Source: Octopus sinensis
Taxonomy: Eukaryota
Assembly: GCF_006345805.1 (NCBI RefSeq)
Contig: NC_043002.1
Location: 13,764,001-13,828,000, forward strand
DNA: 64,000 bases
Direction of reading: 5' to 3'
In this document: positions 13,385-27,881 of the stretch, in pieces
How positions within the stretch are numbered: position 1 is the stretch's first letter
How the letters are laid out: each line of letters begins with the position of its first letter
Made by a program: the position numbers and the translations under genes
Notes under the pieces: generated by a model
Told to the model about the DNA's origin: nothing
What the model saw: only the letters and a program-made list of their open reading frames with translations
Database searches by the model: none

Positions 13385-14940
13385 AATTTACGAAAAAAAC
13401 AAAAAACAAAAAATGAAGAGGGATGTGTAAGCAACAAACAGATGTGTTAGTTTAACGCTCGGGAAGTGAGAAAGTCTTTTATATTTCGAGCCTACGCTCA
13501 TCAACAAAAAGGAACACAGAAATAAAAGGAGAGAGAAAATATAAAAAGGTTTAGTGGCGAGCAATCTATCATGGCGAATGTCGGTCAGAGGAGTCACACA
13601 AGAGAGCTAGGAAGAAGGGGGAGACAATAAAGTAGTGGTGATCCCAAAATGAAGGTGCGCTTGCATGTGTATGTGAGAGTGTGTATGTGCGTGTGGAAGG
13701 GGGATGGTCACGTTGACATGTGCGTGTGGGCATGTGTAGGTGTGTGGATGATGGTGTGGATGCTGGGAAGTGGTCAGTGCTAGTGTGGGGGGAAGCGTGA
13801 GCGGGGAAGGAATGGTGGGTATAAGGGATGGGGTTGGGTTGGATGGGATGTATAGGGATGGTGGGTTGAAATGTGTAGGGGTGCGATAACGGGGGAGGGG
13901 TGACGATGAAGGGAGAGGGTGGAAAGGAGAAGTAGAGTAGGAGTGAAGCGGGGAAGTAGGAGTCAGAGCAAGCGAGGAGACGTGGGTGGGAGGAATTAGG
14001 TGTCAGGACAAGAGAAGAGAGAGGAGGAGAGTTGAGCCCATGTAGCGCAAAGGAGCGAAGAGAGAAGATTAATCCCCCATCATGGCGAAGACGGTAGTCC
14101 GGATGACCCCTGTGCAAGAACAATCCGAACACAGACAGATGTTGTAAAGAATGACCTGTAGAGCGGAAATGGCACGAGACCGGGTGTTGTTGCCGAGTCG
14201 GATGTCTCGGAGATGTTCCGTGAACTAGTCAGCCAAGCGGCGTTCCGTTTGACCGATGTATAGAGGACAGAGAGAGGGAGAGAGAAAGAGAGAGAGAGAG
14301 AGAGCAAGAGATACAGTAGGTGACGTTGCCAGAAGTGAAGGTGAAGGAGTTAGTCATATGATAGGGTCGACGATGGGTGCCAGTGAGGAGGGTGGTGTTG
14401 GAGAGGTAAGGGCAAGTGCAGCGGCGTGGGCGGGAGCAGAGAAACGAGCCGAGTTGGGAGGTTGGGTTAGGGAAGAAGCTGTGGACCAAGAAGTTTCGTA
14501 GGTTGTGAGCCCGCTTGAAGGAGGGGAGGGGTCAGTTAGAGATGTTCGGAGTGGAGGGTCGGATTGGAGTGCCGGAAAAATCGGAGAATGGTTGGAGAGG
14601 TAGGGTGGTGGTGTGGTAGGTGAGGGGAAACGAGAGATGGGTGACGGCGGGGACCAGGTGGGGTGGGGGTGAGTGGAGAGAACAAGGTCCACGGAATGTG
14701 CTCTGTCAAGGGCGGTGTGGATATTGGTGAGGGGATATGCCCGTAGGATGAAGTGGCGAGCCATGAGTTGAGGCCGAGTCTCAAACTCATGCTCGTCATT
14801 GCAGAGCCTGCGTAGACAGAGGAATAGGGAATAGGGGATGGAAAGCTTGGTGTGTTTAAGGTGGGGGAGGAGAAGTTGATGTATGAGTGGGGGTCTGTGT
14901 GTTTTTAGTGGATGGAGGTGGTGAGAGTGGAGTGATGACT
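13385..14940 (-). mobile_element. Penelope-like element 3' portion (RT thumb/linker + GIY-YIG endonuclease + pLTR), pseudogenised
   Basis: LRRLCNDEHEFETRPQLMARHFILRAYP; CISCSL..(CT)n expansion..LCPLYIGQTERRLAD*FTEHLRDI; terminal degenerate hammerhead at 13476-13511 (TTGTTGA-T-GAGC-GTAG-GCTC-GAAA). Confidence 0.82.
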
Positions 14941-15073
14941 ACTGACTGAAATGTCGAGAAATAGGGCAGAAGTGGAGGACAGAATGGAAAGATTTGACAA
15001 AAGAGAGGAAAGTGTCAAGTATTGCTATTTTTATACTGTCAGTATATATGTATACATACATACACACACACAC

Positions 15074-15147
<74 letters not shown>

Positions 15148-16049
15148 CAATACGGAGCAAACAATTCACGAGAAAAAATAAGTTGCGAAGATACGATTGA
15201 CTCTGGTATTATTTAGTGTAACAATTAGAAAATAAAAATAACTGAATCAATAATATAGGAGATTGCAAGCTCCACCAAAAGCATTAAATAGCTGAAGAAT
15301 TATAATTAATCAAAGGACAATCAACCGTTGATATCTCAAGTTATTATCAGTATATTTTGGCGATTTAAATGAGACTTTTGACTGTTATTTCCAGCCGTTA
15401 GACATATTTGGTATGTCCCATGATTAATATATATATATATATATAAATATATATATGTGTGTATATAGTTAGATATGTGCGTGTGTGTGTCTATATATGT
15501 ATGTAAGTGTGTGCATATATATATGTACATATATATGTATACACACATATATACATGTATATATACATATATGCATACATATATGCACACATAAATACAT
15601 GCATATACACACACAGATACACTCACACACATGCGCGCGCACATATACGCACATATATACATGTTTTGCTACATATCGCTAGAATTGTTTCAGCGCATCA
15701 TTTCCAGCTGTTTTTGCCCGGATATTAACAGATTTCCACATGAATTTCTAGTGGCAGAAGAAAGCCCCTGTATGATAATGTTCATCAGGCAATACAAGCA
15801 GAGGAACATCTGAAAACACACTGTAAGTTTTTGTTTTAACTATTTCTTAACAAGAAGTGTATTGACAGGGACTTTGAAGTTTCGGTGAGTTAAGCCCTCA
15901 TCGGACAGAAAGAGTGGAAGCAGAAAATTTGATAACATAGAACAAGCCCAAATGTGATTGTATAATCGGGCAACACAAATGAAACTCTGGTATGTAAAAG
16001 AATCTGCTTATAGCTGTTTTTTTTTTTTCTTTAGCACAATCTCGAACAC

Positions 16050-17480
16050 ATAAATTATATAAACTCTTGCGCCGAAACCAAAATATCTACCATATTCCAA
16101 ATAAATTATCAAAAAGAAAAAAAAAATCGTAGATAAATTCTGGCCAAAATTAAAAGTAAATTTGACTTCATCCCTAAGACTTAACACAAGTGAAGTAATA
16201 GTTTGGTTTAACAAAGATGCATACCATTCCTTCCTGTTTGACATCAAAGATTATTACGCGTCAATAACGAAACCTATTCTCATGGCTGCTTTGAGGTTGA
16301 CAAACACAATAACCACAATAGAGGTTATTAAAATAAAGACAATATTACAAATACGGAAATGGGATCAAAGGACTCAGTAGAGGTAAGCGAAATCGTCAGC
16401 ATTTAAATATTAGCAAATTTACACAGTAAGTCTCCATTCATCTCAGGCAGTCTCTACAGGAATGAGTGTCTACTTCAACTAAGAAACTACAACCCATGAA
16501 CCCGATAAATTTAAGAAAAAACTACATTACAACTAATGCTTTCCCATCACATTTAAAACACACGTAAAATCAAATTTCTTGATGCTTCCTACGTCTGAGA
16601 CTCTTACAAAGAAAAATAACGCAAGATAACGAAAATTTCCAGTACCCAGTACAGTATATACATAGACAATCGCAAAAGCATAATTATAAACCCGAGTAAA
16701 GAACATATCTGTAAGGCTTCCATTTTTTATCTTCTAATGAATCCATATAGCAAAATCCATAAAACGAAAAAGTACAGTATATGGACTATAATACATTCAC
16801 AATGAATATAAAACTTTAAGAATAGAAAGAGGGGAAATTATATGGTTTAATTCCTCTTTGATATACAAGTCTCCATAACAATATTAAAATTTGTTTTCAT
16901 GAAACTCTAAAACACTACCACCTCAAAGCATACTTATCACGAGGAAATGAACAAATATAACATAAAATTATCATATTCCCCAACTAAGAACTTGGAATAA
17001 AATGCATCCAGTTAAAACCACCAAAATCTGTGAGAACTTAAACTACACATAACAGTAATAATTGACTCTTCGGAAACATTTCATCCAACCCTCTCAAAAT
17101 CATTTTCTCAAAAGCAATATCGTCTATAGCACAATTGCAATATTGAACACTACCCCAACTACAGGACCTGCATATATATAGTTTACAGCAAACCAATTCA
17201 AGACACGTTACAAACAACACAGACAAACTTTTCAAAACCGAAATTGGATGAAGTGATACTCCACTATCCGAACGTCAATGGACATGAAAATAAACAATGT
17301 TCTGCTTAGCGATAATTGGAAAGTACTGTCTGTCTTAAAACCATAGCAAAAGAGAAACAAATTTATCTTATCCCATTCTCATTTCCAGGAATCAAATTCT
17401 GAATTAGTCTCTTATATATTGTGAATTAGTCTGTTCTTGCTTACGCAAATCTTCAAAAGACGAAAACATTTGAATGGAAG
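16050..17480 (+). mobile_element. Highly decayed Penelope-like element (RT + GIY-YIG)
   Basis: FDIKDYYASIT (RT motif), EIIWFNS (cf. IIWFNPP), TANQFKTRYKQHRQTF (GIY-YIG region); many stops and frameshifts. Confidence 0.7.
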
Positions 17481-17674
17481 AGAATTTTGCTGATACTAAA
17501 CACGAAAATATCTCACCACCTTTTCTCCCCTGATCTTCACCACAAACTAACTACTCCCAATAATATATATAAATATTACCATTACAAGTTTACATTAGCA
17601 GGTACTGTGGAAATTATCTAAAATTTCTCCAGCAACAACACCAGCGCACACATACGCACACACACACAAACACA

Positions 17675-17733
<59 letters not shown>

Positions 17734-19071
17734 ACATACAAACACTTGGTTTGACTAATTTTAATTATATTGTTTTCATAATTAGATGTACACATATTAT
17801 ATATAATGCCACCCTTTTGCATATGTTCATGAGTCAGAATAATATATTATAAATTATCTGGGTTCGATAAATTAAGCACCAGAAGCGTACTGGGTTCGAT
17901 CTAATCGACTGGCCCCGCCCAAAAATTTCGGACTTGTGTCTAGAAGAGAAAAGAATATTGTAAAATATCTACACCCAAAACTGAGCTGCAGAAATATATA
18001 ACACATACCCTACAAAATTGACTCCTTTTGAAATAGTACCTTTTAAAATAGTAACCTAATAATATCTTGAAGAATTAACTCCTTGATAGAAAACCGCTGA
18101 CAAGCCAACCAACCAACCTTCATTCTTACTTACGTCTGTGAACATTAAAGCAGCAGATAGATACATTTCTGTACTAACAACACCATGACATGCTTTACTG
18201 ATAACCTCAACCTCCCCGAAAGAAACAGCTGAAATCTCCGTAATAACATCAGCTAGTAAAGAAATTTGATGAATATTTAAGCTATCTACTTACATTCTTT
18301 GGTTAATCCTGAAGTACTTCATGACCTGAAGTATTACTCAAATAAATACGCATTTGATTACAACGGTTGAAATACTGGGCTGAAATCTGAATTTTAACCT
18401 CCACATTCCCAAAATAAAAGATTAAAACTCATATTTGTATCTAAATAAAACCAACAAAAGCTAAATCTAATGACACGTTTGCTGACGATATAAACCCTTC
18501 CGTCAAGCTACGTTTTATTGAGAAACACGCAGAATGAATCACATAATGTGAAGCTGACAGAATTAATTAGACACACCTAATTACAAAGAATAATTTCTGA
18601 ATGATAACACGAACCTAAATTCAATCAATAACAATTTTCTGTTAAACCTATAAATCACAGTCTGTTCTACAACATAATTATAATTGAAAGAAGCTACACC
18701 TTCTCCAGAAATTCCTCACTTAACAGTGACTTAAAAGTCAAGATGACCCTTGGCCCGTTGATGATTAAGAAGGCGGAAATTTCGAAGTCATTATCGATAT
18801 TATTCTTGCTAGCGAATAATGAATATATATTCTGCAAAAGGTATAGGGTAAAATTTATAACTTAGGATTAAAGCTGCGAGTTCACAGACTCGTCAGTACG
18901 ACAGATATAATATTTTGAGTAATTTTGCCAGTCTTTACGTTGTAAGTTCAAATTCCGGATTCGATGAAAAATCTTGCCCCTTCCCCAAATTTTCAAGCCT
19001 TGTTAGACATGAATATAACTTTACATAAAAACGTTTACATACATACATACACACATACATATACAAATGTG

Positions 19072-19175
<104 letters not shown>

Positions 19176-19378
19176 CTTGCCTGTGTGTCTGTCTGTCTGT
19201 TCGTCTATCTATGTTTCAATCTGCGTGTGCATATATATATATATATATATATGTATGCATATAAATATATATATATATATGTATACATATATATACGTAT
19301 ATGCATATGTGCATATATATGTATGCATGTATGTTTTTATGTATGTATATATGCTAAATTAATAATTATATATATATA

Positions 19379-19458
<80 letters not shown>

Positions 19459-19555
19459 ATGTATATAATTATTATTTGAGGGAATAAAATCCAAACTTAC
19501 AAGGAAAAAGAATTTAATTTAGAAATACTAAATTAAATTCCACACAATATAATAT

Positions 19556-19820
19556 ATATAAAATATTAGAAAAAAAACACCTTTTATCAATTCAAAATGA
19601 ATAATTAAATTACACTATCTAGAAAATTACATATAATGTACTGTATAAAATAGGTAAATACCTATTTTATACGTTACATTATTCTTGTAATTTACTTAAT
19701 CTTTACTTTTTAATTGTTATTTTAATTTTAACTTTTCTATTATATGTAGTTTTCTAGATGGTGTAATTTAATTATTCATTTTGAATTAATAGAAGGTGTT
19801 TTTTTCTAATATTTTATATA
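19556..19820. repeat. AT-rich fold-back element: ~80-bp inverted arms plus an inner hairpin
   Basis: TATAAAATATTAGAAAAAAAACACC...CTAGAAAATTACATATAAT (19556-19637) is inverted at 19740-19820; inner palindrome GTATAAAATAGGT-AAAT-ACCTATTTTATAC. Confidence 0.8.
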
Positions 19821-19824
19821 CATA

Positions 19825-20907
19825 CTAGCAGTATCGCCCGGCGTTGCCCGGGTTTGTTTCGACCCGCTGGAATTGTAATTTTTAAAAGTAAAAATTTTGT
19901 GAACATTTTTCTGGTCGAAATACACCGAAAAATGGCGACACAGCAGTGAAAAAATCGTAAAAAATAGGGATTTTCATAGAAAAAAGCATCTTTTTGATGT
20001 AAATAATTTTTGGTGTTAACATGGTCCGATTTGAATTTTATGTTCTACGGAAGGAAGAGCAACCGTTCTTCTACCATACACTCAATTTTGGTCAACTTGC
20101 GCCGCAGGGTCTCGGAGGAGATAGTGTTAGTTGAAGGTTACCATTCTAGGTGCCTGAGTAACAACCTCGCGGATTTACAGATAAATGAATTAATTACTAT
20201 TTTACAGAATAAAATAAATAATTCTTGAAGATTAATTAATATTAATATTTTTTGAACAAAGTAAATAATTTTTAAAACTTAAATAATAATTTTTTTTACA
20301 CAAACGCGAACGGGGAAAAGGGGGTGGCGAATTCGATTTACATACCTAAATTTTTTCTTTTTCATGACATTGTAGCAAAATAGTAGTGAATTATATAAAT
20401 ACCAGCAGTACATTTTTTTTTCTGGGGTATTTTTTTTCAACCTCGTCACATATTTGCTCCTTTCAATTAAACAAAGTCTTAATTAAGCAATTACAGCAGC
20501 TTAGCAATGGTTTCAATACAGGCGTGACATCTGTATCTCAATTGTTCAAAACCCATCGAATTTTTTCGCACGTGATGATATCATAGTGAAAACTTTCAAT
20601 TACGCGCGCTTAGAAGTACGCTCGCAAATTAATACTACCAAAATTTTGAAGTTCGCGCTCCGCTTGTGTGTGTGTGTGCGTGCTTTAGGTGTACGTAGGT
20701 ATGTGTTTTTGTGTATGTGTGTCACTGAAGCCATACATACATATATACATACATAACCTCTCTCTCTCTTTTCTCTCTCAGTCACTCACTACAAAAAGTG
20801 AAAAAAAAAAGTGCAGTTATTTCTGTCTTTCACTCTGTCTGTCTCTTTACACACACTAACAAAAGCACTTCACTTACACACCACACTTTCTGTGTCGCAC
20901 AACCCAT

Positions 20908-20944
<37 letters not shown>

Positions 20945-21491
20945 GCACGCACACATGTACATCAATGCTTTCGGAGTGAAATGTTAAAATATTGAGTTTT
21001 CTCGAATTTTGTCTTAATTGGGGGTGAAATTGAAAGAAATATATTATGGCATGACCGAATGGAGTACTTTGAAAAATCTTAGGTAAATTCTAATTGAAGA
21101 AATTGTGTGAGGAGTAAATCGTTATGCATTTATTTGTTTCTGTTTGCTGTGTTTTTTTATTTTTTGAGTAGTGGTTTAAATACTTTCAGTTTAGTCTTCC
21201 TCAAATCACTCTGTCGTTATTTACTTTCATTTTATTCGTTGCACACTGTGTGTGTGCGTGTGCGTGTGGTGTAAACCACATTAAGAAAAGCATTTGACAT
21301 ACACACCAGAATGTGAGTTTTCTGTAAATTTTGCTTAATTGGAGTTTAAATTTTAAAAACTGGACCTGGCATGACCCGATGCATTCTACTCTTAAAAATG
21401 CTAGGTAAATTGTAATTGAAGAAATCCTATATTGTAGATTTCTATAAGTTACAAAGGGAGGCAGATAAAATCTGCCTTTTATAATAAGAGA
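19825..21491 (-). mobile_element. Complete non-autonomous Helitron (~1.67 kb)
   Basis: Minus strand reads A|TCTCTTATTATAAAAGG ... CCCGGGCAACGCCGGG hairpin-CGATACTG-CTAG|T; A|T target, no TSD. Confidence 0.88.
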
Positions 21492-22376
21492 TGAATATAT
21501 ATATTATAATTGTTAATTTAATATATAAACTGTTATAAATTCCTTTTTTCCATGCTGACTACCCGATAATTATCATTAACGGGATTGCTATCCTTATTGT
21601 ATGTGTGTGTATATATGAACACAATATTTAAATCTTAGCTGGTTTAAGTTTCGTATTGTGCCGTGATAGAACGAACTTGCGTTGTGTACCGTGTGGGTAA
21701 TACACGGCACGCAATACAACATATAATGGAGCACACACACACAGATACACCCATATATAAACATAAGTACACACACACTCACACTCATATATATATATAT
21801 ATAGTAAGGGAAGGTGTGTGAGGGTGGGAGTATGTGTGAATAAGAGAGGAAACTTAGCAGTGTTTTTCTTGAATATAAATTTCTTAGGAAGACACTTCTG
21901 AACGCCAGAGTATAGGTAGAGAGAAACAATAACATGGTAGTACACTTTCGTTGTCTTTAAACCAGAAAAACGTAGAATAAATTTATGACCAAAAAGAAGA
22001 AATAAACACAGTGTTATTGAATTTCTGGTTTTGGTAAAATTTTACGTTTTATCCGCATTTGTAAGCATGGAAATAAACATGCATATAAAGTAAATTATAT
22101 GTATGCGTGTATATATATACAAATATTTGTATATATGTGCATGTAAACATGTATGTATGCATGCCTACGTACATACATAAACACAACACACACATATACA
22201 TATATATGTATACATACATACATACATACATACATACATACACATATATATATATACATACATACATACATACATACATACATACATACATACATAAATA
22301 CATACGAATCAGTTGAATTAGTTACTTATATTGATGGACCATGTTAGGTCAGATCAGAAATACAAATGTATATATA

Positions 22377-22439
<63 letters not shown>

Positions 22440-22564
22440 ATATATGTATAAGTATGTATGTATATATATATGTGTATATTTGTTTTTTCGTTTTAATGTT
22501 TCAGTTGCAAAGCTGTGATCATACTGGAGCAGCACCATTGACTGAGCTATACCATTATTTGGAA

Positions 22565-23200
22565 CCTACTCTAGTATGTGGCATTTGGTAAATGAGGGAC
22601 TTTGATGCTGCTCTCCTCATCTGTGTTTCCCGCCGTGAGGTAGGCTCATCTGGAACCTGTAACAGGAAGAGATCCAGATTTGTTTTAAAGACACTTACAT
22701 CCATACCATGCAGGTCTCTCAGGCATTTTGGAAGGATATTAAAGAGCTGTGGGCCCTTGAAGCCCAAGTTGTTGCAGTATTTGATCTTGTATTATGATGG
22801 CGATGCTGGGATCCTTGGTACTATGCAGTGGCACCCCGTTCTGCAGTTTGAATAACTTTCAATGCCAATGTTTTGTACAAGAGCTTCTAGGATTTTCTGA
22901 TGTATGTCACTGCATATCTCTCTCGCTTTCATTCCAGGGAGAAGAGTTTTAATTCTTTCAGTCTTTCCCAGTAGCTGACATGTTGCATCGAGACGATTTT
23001 CTTAGTGTAGCTTCGTCGGATTGCTTCGAGTTCTGCTGTGGATTTTTTTAATTATGTGGTGAATATAGTTGGGAGCAATAGTCTAAGCGGCTGAGAAAGG
23101 TATGTCCGCCAAAGGGTCATCAATGTCTCCTTTTCTCTTGTTTTGAAAGTTTGTAGGATCCAACCTGCTAGCCGTCTGCATTTTATTACCAAATTGGTAT
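22565..23200 (-). mobile_element. CR1-like LINE 3' fragment
   Basis: KCRRLAGWILQTFKTR, SYWERLKELKLFSLE, GPQLFNILPKCLR..FKTNLDLFL..VPDEP. Confidence 0.8.
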
Positions 23201-23748
23201 ATATGTATACATTTACTGACGTAGAAAATTGATGGTAATACATGCATATGTATAAACGTGTCTATCTTTATATGAGTGCATCATTACGCAACAATAAAGT
23301 CACACATGCTTTAATCTCGTCGATGTTGATGCTGTTGGTTATTGCCTTACACATACAAAATTGTAAGCACACAGGCACATATACCCTGCAGATATAATAT
23401 TACATATATACACGCATACATAGATATATAAGTGCATTTACAAATACACGAAGACCTATGATATTATTCCGCTTGTCGCGATATGTTTCTGTGTATGAAA
23501 AGTTTCTATATTAACTACGCCACCGTATCGAAGATATAATCGGAATTTAAATAAAAGAAAGCTATTTCGAGTGTTACGCTTTCAACAACGTTAACTACTG
23601 AACGAAGTTGACGGCATTACGTGTTTACTAATGTGAATTTACATCACAAAACAAACTGTTTGATGGTATGTAAATTTATGTACGAAAAGAGAACTAGCAA
23701 AATTGTATAAAACTGGACGTTCTAAGGGACCTAGTACTATACGTAATT

Positions 23749-23856
<108 letters not shown>

Positions 23857-24026
23857 GTATTTATATGTATATGTATGTATGTATATGTATATATATACAT
23901 ACACTTAAGTATTAGAAAGGACTTTAATATGGACACAATGCACGCATTCCTAAAATAGTCATTTATCCATCTGTCCACGCATCCATCCACACACACATAC
24001 ACACACATATCAGTATGTACATATAT

Positions 24027-24104
<78 letters not shown>

Positions 24105-24865
24105 ATATCTATGTATATATATTTATGAATATATATGTATATATATATATATATATTATGAATATACATATATATATACATACACGCACACAAGCACACA
24201 CACACGCACATATATATGAATATATATATATATACACATACATACACTGACACGTATATAACCATATGTATATGCAAAAATAGAGTCACATTCGTACATA
24301 CACACACGAACACATAATTGCATGTAACTATACGCGCAGTACACATTGTAGGCTATATGAATTATTTTCTTCTAGCTGTCTACTTATAGAGAGTCTGAAG
24401 AGTTGGGGAATAGAATGGGGAAAGCAGCATCGCGGAAGATTCCAAGTTTGATGTAATGACAACACTGTCGCCTTATAGTAATCCGATTTGGTTGATAATA
24501 CGGAATGAATTCACCTGTCAAAAGAGTGATGTTAAAAGCGATGAAGTGAAGAATGTATCTGTCTTTGGGAAAATGGAAGCAAAATACAGAATGTTTTATG
24601 TTAATTTTCTTCTCTGAACTTACCATAAATCAATAATGTTGAAAATCAAGAAATGTATCTTCGATGTAAAAAGGGAACAAAAAGAAGAGCACAAAGCGAA
24701 GCAACATATGTTATTTTTATGGATTCTGTTTATCAGAGAGAATATGAGTGGTGAATAACTACGCAGGGGCCTACCTACATATATCAATGCATACATTCAT
24801 ACACGCCTATGGATGTATATATATATATATATTCATACAAACACATACGTACATATATATATATA

Positions 24866-25075
24866 TTCTTTTATTCTTGTATTCTTTTACTCTTTTATTT
24901 GATTCAGTTATTTGACTGCGACCATGCTGAAGCACCGCCTTTAATCAAACACATATTTCTTGTAAGCCTGATGCTTATTCTATTGGTTTTGTTTTGCCGA
25001 ACGGCTAAGTTCCGGAAATGTAACATAGCAACATCGGTAGTCAAGCGATGGTGGGAGGACAAACCCAGACAAATG
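24866..25075 (-). mobile_element. SINE family B, 3' part
   Basis: TTGACTGCGACCATGCTGAAGCACCGCCTTTA; matches the reverse complement of 39352-39773. Confidence 0.7.
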
Positions 25076-25269
25076 TATACAGGCTCTACATGAAGAGAGA
25101 TAAGGGTGAACGGGGCATATTAACGTATGGGAGTGCGGTGAGAGAAGAAACATGGTAGATTATTTGGTAAAACCTGCTACAGTATGCTGCTAGTGCAGAA
25201 GAAATTAACAAAAATGGACTTGCGAGTGCTCATAAATTCCGAACAAGAACAGCCAAGGAGAGAAAAGAA

Positions 25270-25960
25270 ACCTTACTCTGTATAGAATTACATGGTGAGT
25301 TCCACCGGGAAATCAATAAATTAGAAGTGCAGGGAGCATCATGGAGGTGGCTCCAGAAGAGTGACCTAAAAAGAATACTGAAAGCCTAATCATCGCGGCC
25401 CAGGACCAGGCATTGAATACTAATTCAGTGAAAAAGAATATATACCACACTAGTGCGTCGGACGTATGCAGAATGTGTGGGAAGAGGGTCGAAAGTGTGA
25501 CTAACATTGTTAGTGTTTGTGAAAGACTTGCGCAGAAAGAGTACAAGCGTAGACAAGACAAAGTAGCCCAAAACTCCACTGGCCACTATGCCGTAAGTAT
25601 AGATGTGAGGTTACTGATGCTTGGTATCAACATATACCGAAAAAGGCAATGGACGAAAGGGGGGAAACAAAATTTCTCTGGGACTTTGATTTCCAGACAG
25701 ACAGTGTTAGAGCACCGAAGGCAGGATATAGTAACCTTTAGGAGGGACAAACAAGTGTGCCTAATAATCGAAGTAGCAATGTCAGGAGATCAACATATCA
25801 TCATGAAAGAAATAGAATAAAATTGATAAATATGGAGACCTGAGAATTGAGATCGCTAAGATGTGGCAGTTGCGAGTGTCGAAACTAAAAGTTATCCTTA
25901 TTATCATCAGAGGTTTGGGTTCAATATCACCCAATATGAAAAAAACCCAAAACATCTGAA
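25270..25960 (+). mobile_element. Decayed R4/Dong-type LINE C-terminal fragment
   Basis: TESLIIAAQDQALNT, CRMCGKRVESVTNIVSVCERLAQKEYKRRQD, RRQDIV..CLIIEVA, KYGDL. Confidence 0.8.
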
Positions 25961-25984
25961 ATTTCATACCTTCATAGCAATCAT

Positions 25985-26400
25985 TAAGAAAAATGTTAAG
26001 TCATCATTGAAAAGAATATAGCGTAAAGTACGGGAGCTAATACACTGCTCTGCATAGTTCCACTGGAAACAGAAAATACCGCTGAACATTGGCCTTTAGA
26101 TATAACTTTTGATCATCATTCCTTCGTACAAGGAAGCGATTACTTTTTCATTTTATGAGTAAGACCAGCATTCGACAAACTTTTCCAGTATGCTTTACAA
26201 TTCATTTTCACATATCCCAAGTACAAATCTCTATTCTGCTTACGTGCTTTTCCTTGAACCTGCCTAAGGGTAAATATCATGTTAACTGCCATGCATGTAA
26301 TCAGCAGACATCCTTTGTCAGTCTCAAGCAAAACCAATATCATCATTATCCCCATTATGCCTTCATTACAAAATTCATACTCTATCCATTACGAACAGAG
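25985..26400 (-). mobile_element. RTE-clade LINE RT remnant
   Basis: NMIFTLRQVQGKARKQNRDLYLGYV (cf. DMIFTLRQLQEKCREQ) and FSVSSGTMQSSVLAP (cf. GVKQG.VLAP). Confidence 0.7.
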
Positions 26401-26477
26401 CCAACTTTATTTCTTTTAATCTTCTATTTTCACATAGTTTTGTTCAAGCACTAATACGTCGAAATCGACAGAACTTA

Positions 26478-26487
26478 TCATCAACAC

Positions 26488-26545
<58 letters not shown>

Positions 26546-26610
26546 GTCGTCGTCGTCGTCGTCACCGTCGTCGTCGTCGTCGTCGTCATCATCTTCGTTT
26601 TCATCATCTT
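26478..26610. repeat. (CAT)n/(CGT)n trinucleotide microsatellite
   Basis: Directly visible. Confidence 0.95.
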
Positions 26611-26689
26611 TATTAATCAAGCGTAGACTATACAAGACAACAGCATCACCTTTGAGTAATCTATATGGAAATTCATTTGAGACGATAAG

Positions 26690-27055
26690 ACATATAATTA
26701 TTCGATGCTCAAAACTGGCCTGCAAGGGATAAAAAAGAAACGTCATGAGAAAATGGTATTGTGAATACACCGGAACAATTGGTATGGGCACCAAGCTATC
26801 CCAGCAGCAGAGAAAGATCAGGTGGATCTCAAATGGAATATGCCTATATACTCAGGAAAATAGCTGTACACAAACGACCAGATGTCACTTTTCTAAGGAA
26901 GGAGTCCAAAGAATGGACCTTCATCGTCATAGCTGTACTTGCAAAGCAGAATATTGTGAAGACAAAGGATGAGACAGTCATAAAGTATTGGAAGAGACAA
27001 GACTTTATAGAGCTTCAAATGTCTGTGTGGTACCTATTGTGATCGGTGTCATTGG
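26690..27055 (+). mobile_element. Decayed RLE-type LINE C-terminal fragment
   Basis: CSKLA..YKKRH-like segment; HKRPDVTFLRKESKEWTFIVIAV..NIVKTKDETVIKY; VVPIVIG. Confidence 0.6.
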
Positions 27056-27058
27056 ATT

Positions 27059-27117
27059 GTTGTGCTGATGACGGGAATGAGTTCTTTATAATTCTAACCC
27101 AGAAACGCGTCTACAAC
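27059..27117 (+). ncRNA. Type I hammerhead ribozyme, intact core, GUC cleavage triplet
   Basis: GTTGTG-CTGATGA-CGGG...CCCA-GAAA-CGCG-TC-TACAAC; 6-bp stem I and palindromic minimal stem III. Confidence 0.8.
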
Positions 27118-27494
27118 TGACCGAAGACTGTTTCTTTGCGTTATTTTTCCTTCTTTTTGCATGTAAATGCTATATGTGGAGATAAAATTGTAGTAAATAA
27201 GCGGTCTTTGACTGCCATTTCTAAATTTTGGGTATGTGGCTAAGTAACTTGTTGCTTAACCCTATTTATTTATGTATATATATATATATATATATATAGA
27301 TGAGTGTATTTTTGCCTTGTTAACAATTAACACGGAAGAAATAAATAAATAGTTACCAGGATACCCAAAATCACACAAGAGGTTATAACTCCTTGTATTT
27401 AAAGGTAGAAACTTCGTGTTTACGTGGAATTTTTTGTATAATATATGAATAAATAAATGGAGTTTAACGCAGGTATAAATCAAATACTTTTACT

Positions 27495-27577
27495 TTCGAC
27501 ACATGTTTCGAAGATTTCCCTGATATTATTCCTAAGGAATAAATGGTATAAAAGAATGCAATATTCTCTTCAATGAA
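27495..27577 (-). ncRNA. Type I hammerhead motif, slightly degenerate
   Basis: Reverse complement TTCA-TTGAAGA-GAA...TTC-GAAA-CATGTG-TC-GAA; same stem III as the 7861 motif. Confidence 0.6.
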
Positions 27578-27737
27578 GAGAAAAAAACGAAAGTTGTCAA
27601 TAAGACATTTTAGCAAAAAATGATGGATATGTATAGTGATTTACTGAACGCTATTAATATTGTTTGAAAAAACGTTATATGATATAACGTCAGAAGTAGC
27701 CTATAGAAAGAGTAGGGATATTTATAGTAAATGTTAA

Positions 27738-27835
<98 letters not shown>

Positions 27836-27836
27836 T

Positions 27837-27881
<45 letters not shown>

